A DNA stretch of 64,000 nucleotides from Bradyrhizobium sp. GTDB lineage: Bacteria > Pseudomonadota > Alphaproteobacteria > Rhizobiales > Beijerinckiaceae. The notes below the pieces were generated by a model, which saw only the letters and a program-made list of their open reading frames with translations, was not told where the DNA came from and made no database searches. Both the position numbers and the translations under genes were made by a program. Location: assembly GCA_031367195.1 (NCBI GenBank), contig JANLPL010000250.1, forward strand, positions 12,569 through 76,568, written 5' to 3'. Shown here piece after piece: positions 19,236 through 30,142 of the stretch (position 1 is its first letter; every line of letters starts with the position of its first letter).

Positions 19236-21530
19236 ATGTCCGCCGAAAACTCCGCCCGCCTGTCGATCTCGGAGCGCGCGCGCCCCCGTGCGCCCGTGTC
19301 CTATCTCGATTCGCTGAACCCCGAGCAGCGCCGCGCTGTCGAGGCGCTCGACGGACCGGTGCTGGTGCTGGCCGGCGCCGGCGTCGGCAAAACCCGGGTT
19401 CTGACCACGCGCATCGCGCATATGCTGAGACTGGGCCGCGCGCGCGGCCAGGAGATTCTGGCCGTCACCTTCACCAACAAGGCCGCGCGCGAAATGCGCG
19501 AGCGCATCGAGGCGCTGACGGGCGTGCCCGACGGAATGCCGTGGATGGGCACGTTCCACTCCATCGGCGCCAAGATCCTGCGCCGCCATGCCGAGCTGGT
19601 CGGCCTGAAACCCAATTTCACCATTCTCGACACCGACGACCAGTTGCGCCTGCTCAAGCAACTCCTCAAGGCCGAGAACATCGACGAGAAACGCTGGCCG
19701 GCGCGTGCGCTTGCGGGTTGCATCGACGATTGGAAGAACCGGGGCCTAAGTCCCGCCGACATCGGGGCGCGCGAAGCGGCGGCGTTCGCCAACGGCCTCG
19801 GGGCCAAACTCTATAAGGCCTATCAGGCGCGGCTGAAGACGCTCAACGCCGTCGATTTCGGCGATCTGTTGCTGGAGGCGCTGCGGCTGTTTCGCGACAA
19901 TTCCGACGTGTTGGCGACCTATCAGGAGCGCTTCCGCTACATTCTGGTTGACGAATATCAGGACACCAACGTCGTCCAATATCTGTGGCTGCGTCTGCTC
20001 GCGCAGAAGCGGCGCAATCTTTGCTGCGTCGGCGACGACGACCAGTCGATCTATGGCTGGCGCGGCGCCGAGGTCGAGAACATCCTCGGCTTCGAGCGCG
20101 ATTTTCCCGACGCGACGGTGATCCGACTGGAGCGCAACTATCGCTCCACCGGCCACATTCTCGGCCTCGCTTCCGGCCTGATCGCGCACAACCGCAAGCG
20201 CCTCGGCAAGACCCTGTTCACCGGCGCCGAGCCTGGGCCCAAGCCGACCGTGCGCGGCGTGCAGGATTCGCGCGGGGAAGCGCGCGAGATCGGCGACGAG
20301 ATCGAGGCTGAGCAGTCAAAGGGCGCCTCGCTCGCCGACATGGCGATCCTGGTGCGCGCCTCGTTCCAGATGCGCGAATTCGAGGAGCGCTTCATCGAGA
20401 TCGGCGTGCCCTATCGCGTGATCGGCGGCCCGCGTTTCTACGAACGCGCCGAAATCCGCGACGCGCTCGCCTATCTCCGCATCGTCGCCCAGCCCGACGA
20501 CGATCTCGCCTTCGAGCGCATCTACAACACCCCGCGCCGGGGTCTTGGCGAGGCGACGCTGGCGATCCTGCATGGCGCCGGCCGCGCCGTGTCCGTCTCG
20601 CTGACGATGGCTGCCCGCCGCATGATCGAGACCGACGAGTTGAAGGCCAGGCCGCGCCAGATCTTACGCGATCTCCTGGCCGATTTTGAGCGCTGGCGCG
20701 CGCGCGCCGCCGTTGTCTCGGTCGAGGAGCTCGCCCGGCTCGTCGTCGAGGAGAGCGGCCTGATCCAGATGTGGAAGGCGGAGAAGACGCCGGATGCCGA
20801 GGGGAGGCTGGAAAACCTCAAGGAACTCGTGCGCTCGATGGCGGACTTTCCGACCCTCGACGCCTTCCTCGAACATGTCGCGCTGGTCACCGACGCCGAG
20901 CGCGACGATGCCGGCCCGCGCGTGTCGATCATGACCCTGCACGCCGCCAAGGGTCTCGAATTCGATGTCGTGTTCCTGCCCGGCTGGGAGGAGGGACTGT
21001 TTCCGCACCAGCGCGCGGTCGATGAAAGCGGGCTGGCCGGGCTCGAAGAGGAGCGTCGCCTCGCCTATGTCGGCATCACGCGCGCGCGACGCCGCATCGC
21101 GATCTATTTCGCCTCCAACCGGCGCGTGCGCGGCCTGTGGCAATCCTCGCCGCCGTCGCGCTTTCTCGACGAACTGCCGGAGGCGCATGTCGCGGTGGTG
21201 GAGCGCGCCGATCCGCCGACCTACGGCTATGCCTCGCGCTTCGACGAAGGCGTGTTTTCGGGGCGCCGCTACGACACGCCCGGCTGGAAACGCGCGCAGG
21301 AGCGCGCGCAGTCGCCGGGCTATCAGCGGCCCGCGCCGCCGCGCGTGATCGAGGGGCGCGCGCTCGCGCTGGCCACGGAGACATCCGCCTATCGCCCCGG
21401 CGAGCGCGTGTTTCACCAGAAATTCGGCCCCGGCTTGGTCTGCGGCGTCGACGGCGCCAAATTGACGGTGGAATTCGATCACGCAGGTCGCAAAATGGTG
21501 CTCGACAGCTTTTTGTCCCGCGAGGGCTGA
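19236..21530 (+). CDS. uvrD: UvrD/PcrA superfamily 1 DNA helicase
   Basis: AGAGVGKT, VTFTNKAA, VDEYQDTN, VGDDDQSIYGWRGA, NYRS, TLHAAKGLEF, EERRLAYVGITRA. Confidence 0.97.
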   Translation: MSAENSARLSISERARPRAPVSYLDSLNPEQRRAVEALDGPVLVLAGAGVGKTRVLTTRIAHMLRLGRARGQEILAVTFTNKAAREMRERIEALTGVPDGMPWMGTFHSIGAKILRRHAELVGLKPNFTILDTDDQLRLLKQLLKAENIDEKRWPARALAGCIDDWKNRGLSPADIGAREAAAFANGLGAKLYKAYQARLKTLNAVDFGDLLLEALRLFRDNSDVLATYQERFRYILVDEYQDTNVVQYLWLRLLAQKRRNLCCVGDDDQSIYGWRGAEVENILGFERDFPDATVIRLERNYRSTGHILGLASGLIAHNRKRLGKTLFTGAEPGPKPTVRGVQDSRGEAREIGDEIEAEQSKGASLADMAILVRASFQMREFEERFIEIGVPYRVIGGPRFYERAEIRDALAYLRIVAQPDDDLAFERIYNTPRRGLGEATLAILHGAGRAVSVSLTMAARRMIETDELKARPRQILRDLLADFERWRARAAVVSVEELARLVVEESGLIQMWKAEKTPDAEGRLENLKELVRSMADFPTLDAFLEHVALVTDAERDDAGPRVSIMTLHAAKGLEFDVVFLPGWEEGLFPHQRAVDESGLAGLEEERRLAYVGITRARRRIAIYFASNRRVRGLWQSSPPSRFLDELPEAHVAVVERADPPTYGYASRFDEGVFSGRRYDTPGWKRAQERAQSPGYQRPAPPRVIEGRALALATETSAYRPGERVFHQKFGPGLVCGVDGAKLTVEFDHAGRKMVLDSFLSREG

Positions 21531-21560
21531 GCGGCGCGCAGCGTAAAACAAGGGGAAAAC

Positions 21561-22220
21561 ATGGCTGTCGCGATTCACAAGCCGCCGCCTTCGGGCCTGA
21601 GCGCCAAGGCGCTGGCGCCGTGGCGAAATATCCCGGTGTCGATCGCCGTCGATCTTGCGCGCGACATCGGCCAGATCGACCCCGCGATCCGCCCGCTGCG
21701 CCCGGCGGGCCAGCAGCCGCCGCTATTCGGCCGCGCCGTCACCGCTTTGTGCGAGCCGCCCGATTTCGGCGCCGTGCTGCACGCGCTCGACTTCGTCGGC
21801 AAGGGCGACGTTTTGGTGATCGCCGCCTATGGAATGCGCGAATTCGCGATGATTGGCGAAATCCTGTGCGGCCATCTCCACGCCAAGGGCGCGGCGGGCG
21901 TCGTCTGCGACGGCGCCATCCGCGACGTGGCTGTAGTGGCCGGCCTGCCTGATTTCTCCGTATTCACCCGCTGGATCACGCCGCGCGGCCCGACGGCGGC
22001 CGAGCGCGGGGCGGTGAATATTCCGGTGATCGTAGGCGGAACGCTGGTGACGCCGGGCGACCTGATTCTGGGCGACGACGACGGCCTCATCGCGCTGTCG
22101 CCGGAGAATGCGCGCGCGAGGCTAGCAGCAGCGCAGGCCAAAGTCGGCAAGGAGGCGGAGTGGATCGCCGCGCTTGCCTCGGGCAAGAGCGTCAAGGAGG
22201 TGTTTGGGCTGAAGAGCTAA
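21561..22220 (+). CDS. RraA family / HMG aldolase-like protein
   Basis: GRAVTA, GDVLVI, AMIGEI, VVCDGAIRDV, VTPGDLILGDDDG. Confidence 0.88.
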   Translation: MAVAIHKPPPSGLSAKALAPWRNIPVSIAVDLARDIGQIDPAIRPLRPAGQQPPLFGRAVTALCEPPDFGAVLHALDFVGKGDVLVIAAYGMREFAMIGEILCGHLHAKGAAGVVCDGAIRDVAVVAGLPDFSVFTRWITPRGPTAAERGAVNIPVIVGGTLVTPGDLILGDDDGLIALSPENARARLAAAQAKVGKEAEWIAALASGKSVKEVFGLKS

Positions 22221-22382
22221 GGGACACGCCTCGATCTCGGCTGGGCCCGCCGCCGATCAATCTATAACAACTCGGCCGAACAGATTTTCGACATGCCTGC
22301 TATTTGTGTTCTCGACTCCTAAAATCGCTTCTGCTAGCACTCAATAAGTTCTTGCATCATCTCAGCGAATTTGGGGGGGTAG

Positions 22383-22940
22383 ATGGGGAGCACCGGCACA
22401 GCTGTTGCGCGCTTGGCCTTCATGACGGAGTTGCTGCGTCCGTTGAGGGGCATCGTAGGTCCGCCGGTGCCCATCGTTCCGTTTCACAACTGGGATTACT
22501 ACTACATCACGCAGAACCTGACTTGGGACCCCGACACCGCTGACAAGGAAAACTACGAATCTGTGACGGCACCCAGATATTTCGTCACCGATCTCGCCAG
22601 CATTCCCGAGCCGTTCTGGTCGGCCTTGCCGCCGACCGGGCCCTACAGCTATCCCGCGATCATCCACGATTGGATGTATTGGACCCAGCCGCATGCGAGA
22701 TCGGGCGACGACGACCGCGCCTATGCCGACGGCGTTCTGAAACTGGCGATGGCGGAGTTGAAGGTTCCGGCTCTGAAGGCGGTCGCGATCTACGAAGCCG
22801 TTCGCGCGTTCGGCGCCGGCGCCTGGGCGGGCAATGCGGATGCGCGCGGGGGGGGCGAGAAGCGGGTGTTGAAGAGAGTGCCGACCGACGCCCGGACGAC
22901 CTGGGCGGAATGGAAGCAGAACCTCGATAATTTTGCCTGA
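22383..22940 (+). CDS. DUF1353-like protein
   Basis: VTAPRYFVTDLASIPEPFW and PAIIHDWMY match the DUF1353 pattern (F.TD.ASIP...HD.LY); ADGVL..AM downstream. Confidence 0.78.
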   Translation: MGSTGTAVARLAFMTELLRPLRGIVGPPVPIVPFHNWDYYYITQNLTWDPDTADKENYESVTAPRYFVTDLASIPEPFWSALPPTGPYSYPAIIHDWMYWTQPHARSGDDDRAYADGVLKLAMAELKVPALKAVAIYEAVRAFGAGAWAGNADARGGGEKRVLKRVPTDARTTWAEWKQNLDNFA

Positions 22941-22966
22941 ATTCGTTTTCGCGGGGAGGGCCAGGG

Positions 22967-24751
22967 ATGGTCGGCTGGTTCGGGAAATCGCTGGGATCGC
23001 GGCGCAAGTTCGCATTGGTGATCGGCAACAGCGCCTATGCCGGCGACGAACGGCTGCAAAGCCCCGCACGTGACATTGAGGGGGTAAAGAAGGCGCTGGA
23101 AGCGCTGGGTTTTGGCGTCACCCATCATCCCGATCTCGATGTTGCGGGGCTGAACGATGTCATCCGCAAGGCGGTCGATAACCTCAAGAGCGAGCGTGCG
23201 GACGTCGGTCTGTTCTATTATTCCGGCCACGGGATGCAGATCGCTGGTCGCAATTTTCTTGTGCCCGTGGGTTTCGAAACCTTGAAAGACCCGCACGAAG
23301 ACGCGCTGATCGATCTTCAGAAGGTGACATACGAATTCGCGGAACATTCGGCGACGACGCTTGTCTTCCTTGACGCCTGCCGCACGAGCCCGAATTTTAC
23401 GGCCAAAAGCCAAGCGATGACAACGAAGGCGATGGCGCTTCCCAATTTCGACGCCAAGGGTTTCAGCGTCGATGGCAAGCCGGTGGGGCTGGCGGGAATG
23501 CGCTCGAACAACAATTCCTACATCGCATTCGCCGCCGCGCCGGGGCAGGCCGCGCGCGAGGGCGAGCCCGGTCGGATGAGCCCTTTTACAAACGCTCTCG
23601 TCGCGCATATCCGCGCCGTCGATCTGCCGCTCGACATGATCATGAACCGCGTCAATCACGACGTGTTCGAAACAACCAGGGGCGCGCAGTCGCCTTGGAT
23701 GAATTCGTCACTTGGTCGGCCGTTCTTCTTCACACCGGGATCGTTGCTGATGCTGATGGGCAACCTCATGGCGCTGGCCTCGCTCGGCGCAACGACGGTG
23801 ATCTACACTCTCGTGCTCGTCGGCGGCGCGCAATATGCGACCGGCCTCATCGCCTTTACGCTGGCGCTGATTTCCTTGACCACGCTCCTGCTCGGCGCGC
23901 AGCGCGCCTATGGGCGGCTGCGCGGCGTGCGTCCGGACGCCGTCGTCGACATCCTTTCTCACTTTCTCAGCAGCGCACGCCGTGGCGTGTTCGGCGGTTT
24001 CATCGGCGCCATCGGCGCGGCGTTCGCGATTGGCTGGCCATACATGCGGGCTTGGGAGGAGTCGTGCCGCAGCAAGGTCGTTTGCACGTCGCTCCCCGAA
24101 GAGTGGGAGAAGCCCAAGGACTTCGGCGCGTTGCTGGTCGAATTCGCTGTCGCCTGCTCCCTCGTAGCTATCGTGCTCGGCTTCTGCGCGCTATTCGCCG
24201 CCAAGCTCGGTTTCGCCAAAGGACGCTGGCGTTTCGACCCTCCGCAGTCGTGGACGACCTCACTCCGTCGCGGCGCGCTCGGCGGCGCGGTCGCCGGCGT
24301 CCTAGCGGCGCCGCCGCTGACGCTCTATTTCGGCCGCTTCCTAAGGCCGATCCTATCGCCCGATCTGCTGGCGCCGGGCGGCGTCATTGGGGCTGCGATT
24401 CTCGCTTTCGCGATCGTCAACTACGATTTCGAACAACTGACCCTGCGACGCGTCATCGCAGGCGTGCTCGGCGCTTTCGGCGGCGTGCTCGGCGGGGCGG
24501 TGCTCGGCGGCGCGGTGTTCGGCGTTCTCTACAAGCTCGGCGTCGTCGCTTACGTGACCGACGCGATTCAATATGAGTTCTATCATTCGAAGCTGCGCAT
24601 GATCCCGTGGACGTGGATCTACGGCTTTACCGCTGGAATCGTGCTCGGCTCCGTTATCGCGCTCGCCGAGGTTCTCACCGAACGGTGGTCGAGCGCAGCC
24701 GCGCGCAATGACGACGACGCAGCGCCCGCGTCAACTCCCTCGCCTGGCTAA
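22967..24751 (+). CDS. Caspase-like (peptidase C14) protease fused to C-terminal multi-pass membrane domain
   Basis: FALVIGNSAY, catalytic His in FYYSGHG, catalytic Cys in VFLDACR, AFAAAPG, SPFT..L, QSPW; about 8 hydrophobic segments after residue ~260; no signal peptide. Confidence 0.9.
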   Translation: MVGWFGKSLGSRRKFALVIGNSAYAGDERLQSPARDIEGVKKALEALGFGVTHHPDLDVAGLNDVIRKAVDNLKSERADVGLFYYSGHGMQIAGRNFLVPVGFETLKDPHEDALIDLQKVTYEFAEHSATTLVFLDACRTSPNFTAKSQAMTTKAMALPNFDAKGFSVDGKPVGLAGMRSNNNSYIAFAAAPGQAAREGEPGRMSPFTNALVAHIRAVDLPLDMIMNRVNHDVFETTRGAQSPWMNSSLGRPFFFTPGSLLMLMGNLMALASLGATTVIYTLVLVGGAQYATGLIAFTLALISLTTLLLGAQRAYGRLRGVRPDAVVDILSHFLSSARRGVFGGFIGAIGAAFAIGWPYMRAWEESCRSKVVCTSLPEEWEKPKDFGALLVEFAVACSLVAIVLGFCALFAAKLGFAKGRWRFDPPQSWTTSLRRGALGGAVAGVLAAPPLTLYFGRFLRPILSPDLLAPGGVIGAAILAFAIVNYDFEQLTLRRVIAGVLGAFGGVLGGAVLGGAVFGVLYKLGVVAYVTDAIQYEFYHSKLRMIPWTWIYGFTAGIVLGSVIALAEVLTERWSSAAARNDDDAAPASTPSPG

Positions 24752-24765
24752 CCAAGAGCCGCCCC

Positions 24766-26368
<1,603 letters not shown>

Positions 26369-26371
26369 GGC

Positions 26372-27256
26372 TCAAGCCTTCTTGTCGTGCTGCGCCGCGA
26401 TGGCGCCGGCGATGGCGAGCGTGCGTTTGGCCATTTGCGCGTGCAACAGTTCGACCATGCGCCCATCGATCTGTAGCACGCCTTTGGCCGCGTTCTCCGG
26501 CAGATCGAACGCCGCGATTACGGCCTTTGCGTGAGCGATCTCGGCCGCCGTAGGGGCAAAAGTCTCGTTGCAAATGTCGATCTGGCTGGGATGGATCAGC
26601 GTCTTGCCGTCGAAGCCGAATTCAAGTCCTTGCAGGCACTCGGCGCGGAACCCGTCGAGATCCTTGATGTCGTTATAGACGCCGTCGATCACGTCGCAAC
26701 CGTGCGCCCGCGCGGCGGCGACGCAAGTCGCGAGCCAGGTCGTGAACGCCGCGCGGCCGGGCGTGAGCCGGGCGCGCGTCTCCTTGGCGAGGTCGTTAAG
26801 GCCCAGCACCAGCGCCTCCAGCCGCGAGGCGGGGTCGGCGGCGATCGAGGCGATCGAGGCCGCGTTCAGCATCGCGTTGGGCGTCTCCATCATCGCCCAC
26901 AGCCGGGTCTTCTCCGGCGCCGAGCGCAACAGGCGGGCGGCGTGCATCACCGTGCCGGGGCTGTCCACCTTGGGCAGCAGCACCCCGTCCGGCGCCGCTG
27001 CGGCGGCGGCCTCAAGATCGGCCTCGCCCCAGGGCGTGTGCACGCCGTTGACGCGAATCAACAGTTCCCGCCCGCCAAACCCACCTTCCTTCAGCGCGGC
27101 GACGATGCGCTCGCGCGCTTCCGGCTTGGCGTCGGGGGCGACGGAATCCTCGAGATCGAAGATGATCGCGTCGGCCGGCAATTCGCGCGCTTTCGCCAAC
27201 GCCTTCGGGTTCGATCCGGGCAGATACAGCGCGCTGCGGCGGGGGCGAGCGACCAT
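26372..27256 (-). CDS. CoA ester lyase/thioesterase (CitE / malyl-CoA thioesterase Mcl2-like)
   Basis: RRSALYLPGS, DAIIFDLEDSVAP, AMMETP, GLNDL, GFDGKTLIHPSQI, DGRMVELLH. Confidence 0.9.
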   Translation of the reverse strand: MVARPRRSALYLPGSNPKALAKARELPADAIIFDLEDSVAPDAKPEARERIVAALKEGGFGGRELLIRVNGVHTPWGEADLEAAAAAAPDGVLLPKVDSPGTVMHAARLLRSAPEKTRLWAMMETPNAMLNAASIASIAADPASRLEALVLGLNDLAKETRARLTPGRAAFTTWLATCVAAARAHGCDVIDGVYNDIKDLDGFRAECLQGLEFGFDGKTLIHPSQIDICNETFAPTAAEIAHAKAVIAAFDLPENAAKGVLQIDGRMVELLHAQMAKRTLAIAGAIAAQHDKKA

Positions 27257-27453
27257 GACATTCTCCTGACAATGCCACAGCATAAATTTTGCGGCGCAAT
27301 ATCGCTAGGGGGCGCCGCGAGGGCGTCCGTGCGACTTTCGCAAGGGCGGCGTCGCACTTTCGCAAGGACGACGTCGCGCCTTGCGCCTCCCATTCCCATT
27401 TTCGCTGCGAACAGCTAGGCCATCGGCCTGAACCGACCTGCAACGGAGTCCCA

Positions 27454-28959
27454 ATGTCCCTCGCCGCCGAAGCCGCCGACCTGCTCGCCTCGCTCGGGGT
27501 GGCGCGCGGCAAATTCGCGGATGGCGCACTCGCCGTTCGCTCTCCCATCGACGGTTCGCGGATCGGCGCGGTTCACGAAACCGCCGATCCCGCCGCGACC
27601 ATCGCCCAAGCCGCTGCCGCCTTTCACGTCTGGCGCAATGTTCCCGCCCCGCGTCGCGGCGAACTCGTGCGGCTGCTGGGGCAGGAGCTGCGCGCGCACA
27701 AACACGCGCTCGGGCGGCTGGTCACGCTGGAGGTCGGCAAAATCGAATCCGAGGGCCTGGGCGAAGTGCAGGAAATGATCGACATCTGCGATTTCGCGGT
27801 CGGCCTCTCGCGCCAGCTTTATGGCCTGACCATCGCCTCGGAGCGGCCGGACCACAAGCTGAGCGAGCAATGGCATCCCCTCGGCCCGGTCGGCGTGATC
27901 TCGGCGTTCAACTTTCCCGTCGCGGTATGGTCGTGGAACGCGGCGTTGGCCTTGGTCTGCGGCGACAGCGTGATCTGGAAGCCGTCGGAAAAGGCGCCGC
28001 TGACCGCGCTGGCGACGCAAGCCATTTTCGAGTGCGCGGCGCAAAAATTTGGCGACGCGCCGGACGGACTGTCCACGCTGCTGATCGGCGGCGGCGAGGT
28101 CGGCGAGGCGTTGGTGGGCGATTCCCGCGTGCCCCTCGTCTCCGCGACCGGCTCGACGCGGATGGGCCGCGCGGTCGGCGAACGGCTGGCGCGCCGATTC
28201 GGGCGCGCTATCCTGGAACTGGGCGGCAACAACGCCTCCATCGTCACGCCCTCGGCCGATCTCGATCTCACGCTTCGCGCGGTGGCGTTCGCGGCAATGG
28301 GGACAGCGGGCCAGCGCTGCACGAGCCTGCGTCGCCTGATCGTGCACGAGAGCGTTTATGACGCGCTGATTCCGAAACTGAAAGCGGTTTACGCCCGCAT
28401 CGCTGTCGGCGATCCCGCCCGCGGCGACGCATTGGTTGGACCGCTGATCGACGGCGCCGCGTTCGAGGCGATGCAGCGCGCGCTCGCCGGCGCGCGCGCG
28501 GGCGGGGCTGTGGTCCACGGCGGCGAGCGCGTCGACGTCAACGGTCCCGCCTCGTTTTATGTCCGCCCCGCTCTGGTCGAGGCGCCGTCGCAAATCGGCC
28601 CGGTGGTCGAGGAGACGTTTGCGCCGATCCTCTACGTGCTCAAATACCAAGAACTCGACGAGGCCATTGCGTTGCAGAACGACGTGCCGCAGGGGCTTTC
28701 CTCCTCGATCTTCGCCACCGACCTGCGCGACGTCGAACGTTTCCTGAGTGCGCGCGGCTCGGATTGCGGCATCGCCAATGTCAATATGGGCCCCTCGGGC
28801 GCGGAGATCGGCGGCGCGTTCGGCGGCGAGAAAGAGACGGGCGGCGGGCGCGAAAGCGGCTCGGACGCCTGGAAAGCCTATATGCGCCGCCAGACCAGCG
28901 CGGTGAACTACGGCCGCACGCTGCCGCTGGCGCAGGGGGTCAAGTTCGACGTGGGCTGA
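27454..28959 (+). CDS. Aldehyde dehydrogenase, ALDH7/antiquitin-like
   Basis: EVQEMIDICDFAVGLSRQL, ISAFNFPVAVW, LELGGNN, GQRCT, ETFAPI, GRESGSDAWK; ATG 27454. Confidence 0.93.
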   Translation: MSLAAEAADLLASLGVARGKFADGALAVRSPIDGSRIGAVHETADPAATIAQAAAAFHVWRNVPAPRRGELVRLLGQELRAHKHALGRLVTLEVGKIESEGLGEVQEMIDICDFAVGLSRQLYGLTIASERPDHKLSEQWHPLGPVGVISAFNFPVAVWSWNAALALVCGDSVIWKPSEKAPLTALATQAIFECAAQKFGDAPDGLSTLLIGGGEVGEALVGDSRVPLVSATGSTRMGRAVGERLARRFGRAILELGGNNASIVTPSADLDLTLRAVAFAAMGTAGQRCTSLRRLIVHESVYDALIPKLKAVYARIAVGDPARGDALVGPLIDGAAFEAMQRALAGARAGGAVVHGGERVDVNGPASFYVRPALVEAPSQIGPVVEETFAPILYVLKYQELDEAIALQNDVPQGLSSSIFATDLRDVERFLSARGSDCGIANVNMGPSGAEIGGAFGGEKETGGGRESGSDAWKAYMRRQTSAVNYGRTLPLAQGVKFDVG

Positions 28960-28977
28960 TTAGGCCGGAGAGATGCG

Positions 28978-30135
28978 ATGAAGTCCTTCACCTTCAACAC
29001 CAGCGCCAACATCCAGTTCGGCCCGGGTTGTCTCGCCCGGCTCGGCGCGCTCGCGCGCGAGCGGCTGGGCGGGCGCGTGCTGCTCGTCACCGACCCCGGC
29101 ATGATGGCGACCGGCATCGTCGAGCGAGCGCTCGGGTTTTTGCACGAGGCCGGCGTCGAGACGAGCGTGTTCGCCGATGTCGTCGCCGACCCGCCTACAG
29201 CCATGATCCTGAGCGCGGTGGAGGCGGCCGCGACCATGGGCGCGACCGGGATTGTCGGACTCGGCGGCGGCTCGTCGCTGGATACGGCCAAGCTGGTCGC
29301 GCTGCTCGCGCCCGGACGCGAGACGCTGGCGCAAGTGTTCGGCGTCGGTAACGCCAAGGGGCCGCGCCTGCCGCTGATCCTGGCGCCGACGACGGCCGGC
29401 ACGGGATCGGAAGTGACGCCGATCTCGATCGTGACCACGGGCGAAAACGAGAAAATGGGCGTCGTCTCGCCCGTCATCCTGCCCGACGTGGCGCTGCTCG
29501 ATCCCGAACTGACGCTCGGCCTGCCGCCGCACGTGACGGCGGCGACCGGGATCGACGCCATGGTCCACGCCATCGAGGCCTATGCCTCGATGAGCGCCAA
29601 CAACAATCCGATCTCGCGCCTCCTCGCCACGCAGGCGCTGACCCTGCTCGGCGGCGCGATCGAAACGGCGGTTCAAAGGGGCGCCGACATCGAGGCGCGC
29701 TCGGCGATGCTGCTGGGTTCGATGCTGGCGGGACAGGCGTTCGCCAATTCCCCGGTCGCGGCGGTGCATGCGCTGGCCTATCCGCTCGGCGGCCATTTCC
29801 ACATCCCGCACGGCCTGTCGAACGCGCTCGTATTGCCGCATGTGCTGCGCTTCAACTGCAAGACGGCGCCGCAGCCTTATGTCGAGATGGCGCCGTTCGC
29901 TTTCCCCGCTCTCGCCGCGCTCGAAGGCCAGGCGCGCGCGGAAGGTTTCTGCGACGCGTTGCAGGAGCTTTCGCGCAAATGCGGTCTGCCGCAGCGCCTG
30001 CGCGACGTCGAGGTGCCGGAGACGGTTCTGCCGCGACTCGCGCGCGACGCGATGAACCAGACGCGGCTGCTGCCCAACAACCCGCGCCCGGTGAGCGAGG
30101 CCGACGCGCTGGCCATCTACCAAAGGGCGTGGTGA
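28978..30135 (+). CDS. Iron-containing alcohol dehydrogenase
   Basis: GGGSSLD, PTTAGTGSE, DAMVHAIE, HALAYPL...HGLSN metal ligands. Confidence 0.93.
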   Translation: MKSFTFNTSANIQFGPGCLARLGALARERLGGRVLLVTDPGMMATGIVERALGFLHEAGVETSVFADVVADPPTAMILSAVEAAATMGATGIVGLGGGSSLDTAKLVALLAPGRETLAQVFGVGNAKGPRLPLILAPTTAGTGSEVTPISIVTTGENEKMGVVSPVILPDVALLDPELTLGLPPHVTAATGIDAMVHAIEAYASMSANNNPISRLLATQALTLLGGAIETAVQRGADIEARSAMLLGSMLAGQAFANSPVAAVHALAYPLGGHFHIPHGLSNALVLPHVLRFNCKTAPQPYVEMAPFAFPALAALEGQARAEGFCDALQELSRKCGLPQRLRDVEVPETVLPRLARDAMNQTRLLPNNPRPVSEADALAIYQRAW

Positions 30136-30142
30136 GGTCTGC

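Noticed and set aside
22848-22855. G8 tract in the DUF1353-like gene and G7 just upstream of its start (22373-22379)
   Set aside because: The frame is intact, and an in-frame TAG directly before the ATG prevents fusion to the upstream 79-aa ORF; G runs are common at this GC content
27257-27453. Possible riboswitch upstream of the ALDH7-like gene
   Set aside because: No recognisable aptamer consensus or terminator; region is an ordinary divergent promoter length
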